This document shows positions 61,407 through 64,000 of a stretch of 64,000 nucleotides of DNA, one piece after another (positions within the stretch are counted from its first letter, which is position 1; every line of letters starts with the position of its first letter). Below the pieces are notes generated by a model that was not told the origin of the DNA, did no database searches, and was given only the letters and a program-made list of their open reading frames with translations. Source of the stretch: Trichoplax adhaerens. Taxonomy: Eukaryota; Animalia; Placozoa. The stretch spans positions 1,890,987 through 1,954,986 of the forward strand of contig NW_002060943.1 of NCBI RefSeq assembly GCF_000150275.1, given 5' to 3'. Made by a program: the position numbers and the translations under genes.

Positions 61407-61995
61407 GGCTGATAATACTTTGGCAATGAAATACTGATTGTATTCCTTCTTGGATGGAAAATGCCAATTCAATGCTTTCCTTTTTGCAGGAGTTGACAGG
61501 ATAACCACTAGGAATCAATTGTACGATGTCGTGATGATGATGATCAACCAACTGTTTACAGGTAGATAACGATTGTAATCACCGCGTTTATCCAATGTTA
61601 TCTTGACATCAATCTTGGCTGCTGCTTTATTTGTACTTGATATTCTACTTGAACATTAAGATTGGTTTGTTTAGCAGGAATCAATCCCCTTAGCGGTACG
61701 CTTCCAATCGTTCAAGCTTGTCTGTTGACTGAATAACACTGGTGTAAAGCAATTCAATCACTCATACTAATTTAATCAATCACCTAATAGCGGTTCAAGG
61801 CAACGAATGGATTGCTCATTCATCTACAAGTATCATTATAAAGTAGTGTGATTTCTTTCTTTTCTTTCACTGCTACTGTAAGCCATCTTGATATTCGTCG
61901 GTTTGAAGGTTTTACTTTTGATCATTTCCTTGATTTGTTTTTCCTTCCCCTCAATTCTCCAAGAGGCAGCAGCAATCTACTAGACATGTACTGGA

Positions 61996-62540
61996 TCTAC
62001 TGGACGCTGTCAGCCTGTCCGTCTGTACCGTACAGTACAGTACAGTACCGTGTACAGTGTACAGTACCTCACGATACAGTGCACATGCTGTACAGGACGT
62101 ACTGTAGACTGTAGGCTTTCAGTAGCTTGCAATGTTGGTTAGAATCTCTACTGGACGCTGTCGGCCTGTCTGTCCGTACCGTACTGTACCTTACGCTACA
62201 GTATACTGTACTGTATGTACTGTATCCTGCACAGTGTACAGTACAGTACAGTACCTTCCTCTACAGTGCGTATAGTGTATAGGACGTACTGTAGACTGTA
62301 GGCTTTCAGTAGCTTGCAATGTTGGTTCTACTGGAGGCCGTTAGACTAGCCGTAGTAGGATCTACTGGACGCTATCGGCCTGTCTGTCCGTGCCGTATTG
62401 TACACTGTACAGTGTACAGTGTACAGTACCTTACGCTACAGTATACAGTATGTACTGTACAGTACTGTACCCTGCACAGTGTACAGTACCTTACTCTACA
62501 GTGCGTGTACTGTACATACGCAGTTCTACAGTACTGCAGG
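61996..62540. repeat. Compound tandem repeat, 3 copies (~150-215 bp) with variable (TACAG/TGTAC)n cores
   Basis: TCTACTGGACGCT(G/A)TC(A/G)GCCTGTC at 61996, 62147 and 62361. The tail AGGACGTACTGTAGACTGTAGGCTTTCAGTAGCTTGCAATGTTGGTT occurs twice. Confidence 0.9.
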
Positions 62541-64000
62541 CCGTGATAGTAGTACTGCTATAAAATGGCTTTTGGGTTCATGGCGTAATCCAAGATTGTA
62601 TTTGGAATATTGATTGATTAGGGGAAAAATGATTTATTTGTACAGTAGACTGGATAGATCATCGTATGCAGTTGTTCAGAAGGCGCAATGCAACAATATT
62701 ATGGCTACTCCTAACAGCTGCGGCACTAGCCAAAATGATGTCATCAAAAGCCATTAATACGCTACGGTCCAAAAAAATAATAATAAACAAACTTCAATAC
62801 GGTTCCGTATAGTGATACAGTAGAGGATTTGCTGGTTGTTGAAGCAGTAAAATTGTGACAGTATTGTCACTTGATCCAGTACTCCTCCTCCTCTATTCTA
62901 CAGGATAAGACTCCAACGAGAAGGAAAGACAAGCTGAAAAAGAAACTCGACAAGTGCTTCTACTCCAATTTTCGACATATGCCTACGAGAAAAGAAGATT
63001 GCGCAAGTAACAACGAAACGCCATTGGTGCTGAGTTCACATTGACTGAAACTTTCATAAGCTATCCCTGGTGAAAAAGAGGCAAAAACACTCAGTACGCC
63101 AATCGAGAAAAGTAAGAGGGAATATACCGCTGTCATTTGATGTTGATCGATCAATATCATTCTAGTCGTCAATAGCTTTACTATGATGACATGATAGCTT
63201 AGTCGTTGTTGATCAAGAATGAAATGTCTTATTCCATACATTTGTGCTCTGTTAGGATGATTTGACGGTCTATTATGTTAAAATTATTTCATCACGATAG
63301 CGACAGGTAGTGAAATAACCTTGTAGGATTAGGATTGATAGGCAACGGCTGAGGAGGTACACGTATGGATTCATATCTACGGTAGATTCTACACCTTTTG
63401 AGTGATGAAACTACAACTCTTTGGATAGAGTCAATGGAGTGCTTGTAGGAATCAACAACTGTAATGTATTTTCCTGTCATAAGATTATACAGTAGGTACA
63501 GGAGAAATACACTGCGTAGTCTTAGATCAAGATCAGTTTATCGTTAATAGATGTTAAATCATGCCATTCCAATCAGTCACAAGCAAACGGAATAGTTTAG
63601 CAACGGCTATTGGAAACAATCCTACACTATAAAATGAATACTCATGACCAAGACAAGCGCCAAACTTTCCCTTGAGTACATACGTGCAATTTGAATCTTC
63701 TACTTTTAAAAACAACATAATCGACGTGATACGATGAACAGCAATATACTGTACAGTACTTAGGGTAGCCCACGGATAACAATCATTGATAACTACCTGA
63801 CCATAAAGAGATTCAATACCTTACATCAATGACTTAATCAATAGACAGACGAGCGTACATGAAAGGATATTTTCAACGCTCTTACGTACAATCCTATCAT
63901 TTACTCTATAAATAATATCAATTTACCAGAAATTGCACTATAGTCACGGTACAACAGTAAGTTGAATTATCTCCCTGAAAAATTTTCCTAATCGTTTCTA

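Noticed and set aside
61848-62613. Short Y/C/T/V-rich ORFs and a CRISPR-like appearance
   Set aside because: Translations of the TACAG-type repeat; the spacers are not unique, there are no cas genes, and the context is eukaryotic.
62880-63480. Coding-like stretch with short ORFs (NETPL, PPQPLPINPNP)
   Set aside because: Stops in all frames and no recognisable domain.

Overview
AT-rich eukaryotic (animal) genomic DNA with short GT-AG introns. The style fits a compact early-branching metazoan genome such as a placozoan (Trichoplax-like), but this is inference only. Contents: (1) a tandem trio of 7-exon mitochondrial-clan cytochrome P450 genes (308-3361, 5527-8508, 11014-14078). The first spans a 50-N gap; the third is a pseudogene with a nonsense codon and a +1 frameshift. 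(2) Two co-oriented Rac-family GTPases with intronless CDSs: one canonical Rac1-like (25226-25819) and one divergent (16805-17386; C18S, R66Q, altered insert). (3) A ~32 kb cluster of five divergent, single-exon, apparently cytosolic Sel1-like-repeat (SLR) proteins built from one ~550-600 aa module (two genes) or two fused modules (three genes), with a GC(E/Q)ExGD(D/C)P motif specific to module 2. (4) A two-exon FoxM-like forkhead gene inside that cluster. (5) Several minisatellites, a piggyBac-like MITE, a 26-bp hAT remnant and clusters of TACAGTA/TACTGTA. The most novel-looking element is the SLR family next to the canonical/divergent Rac pair; any functional link between them is a hypothesis. 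No tRNA, rRNA or CRISPR array was recognised.
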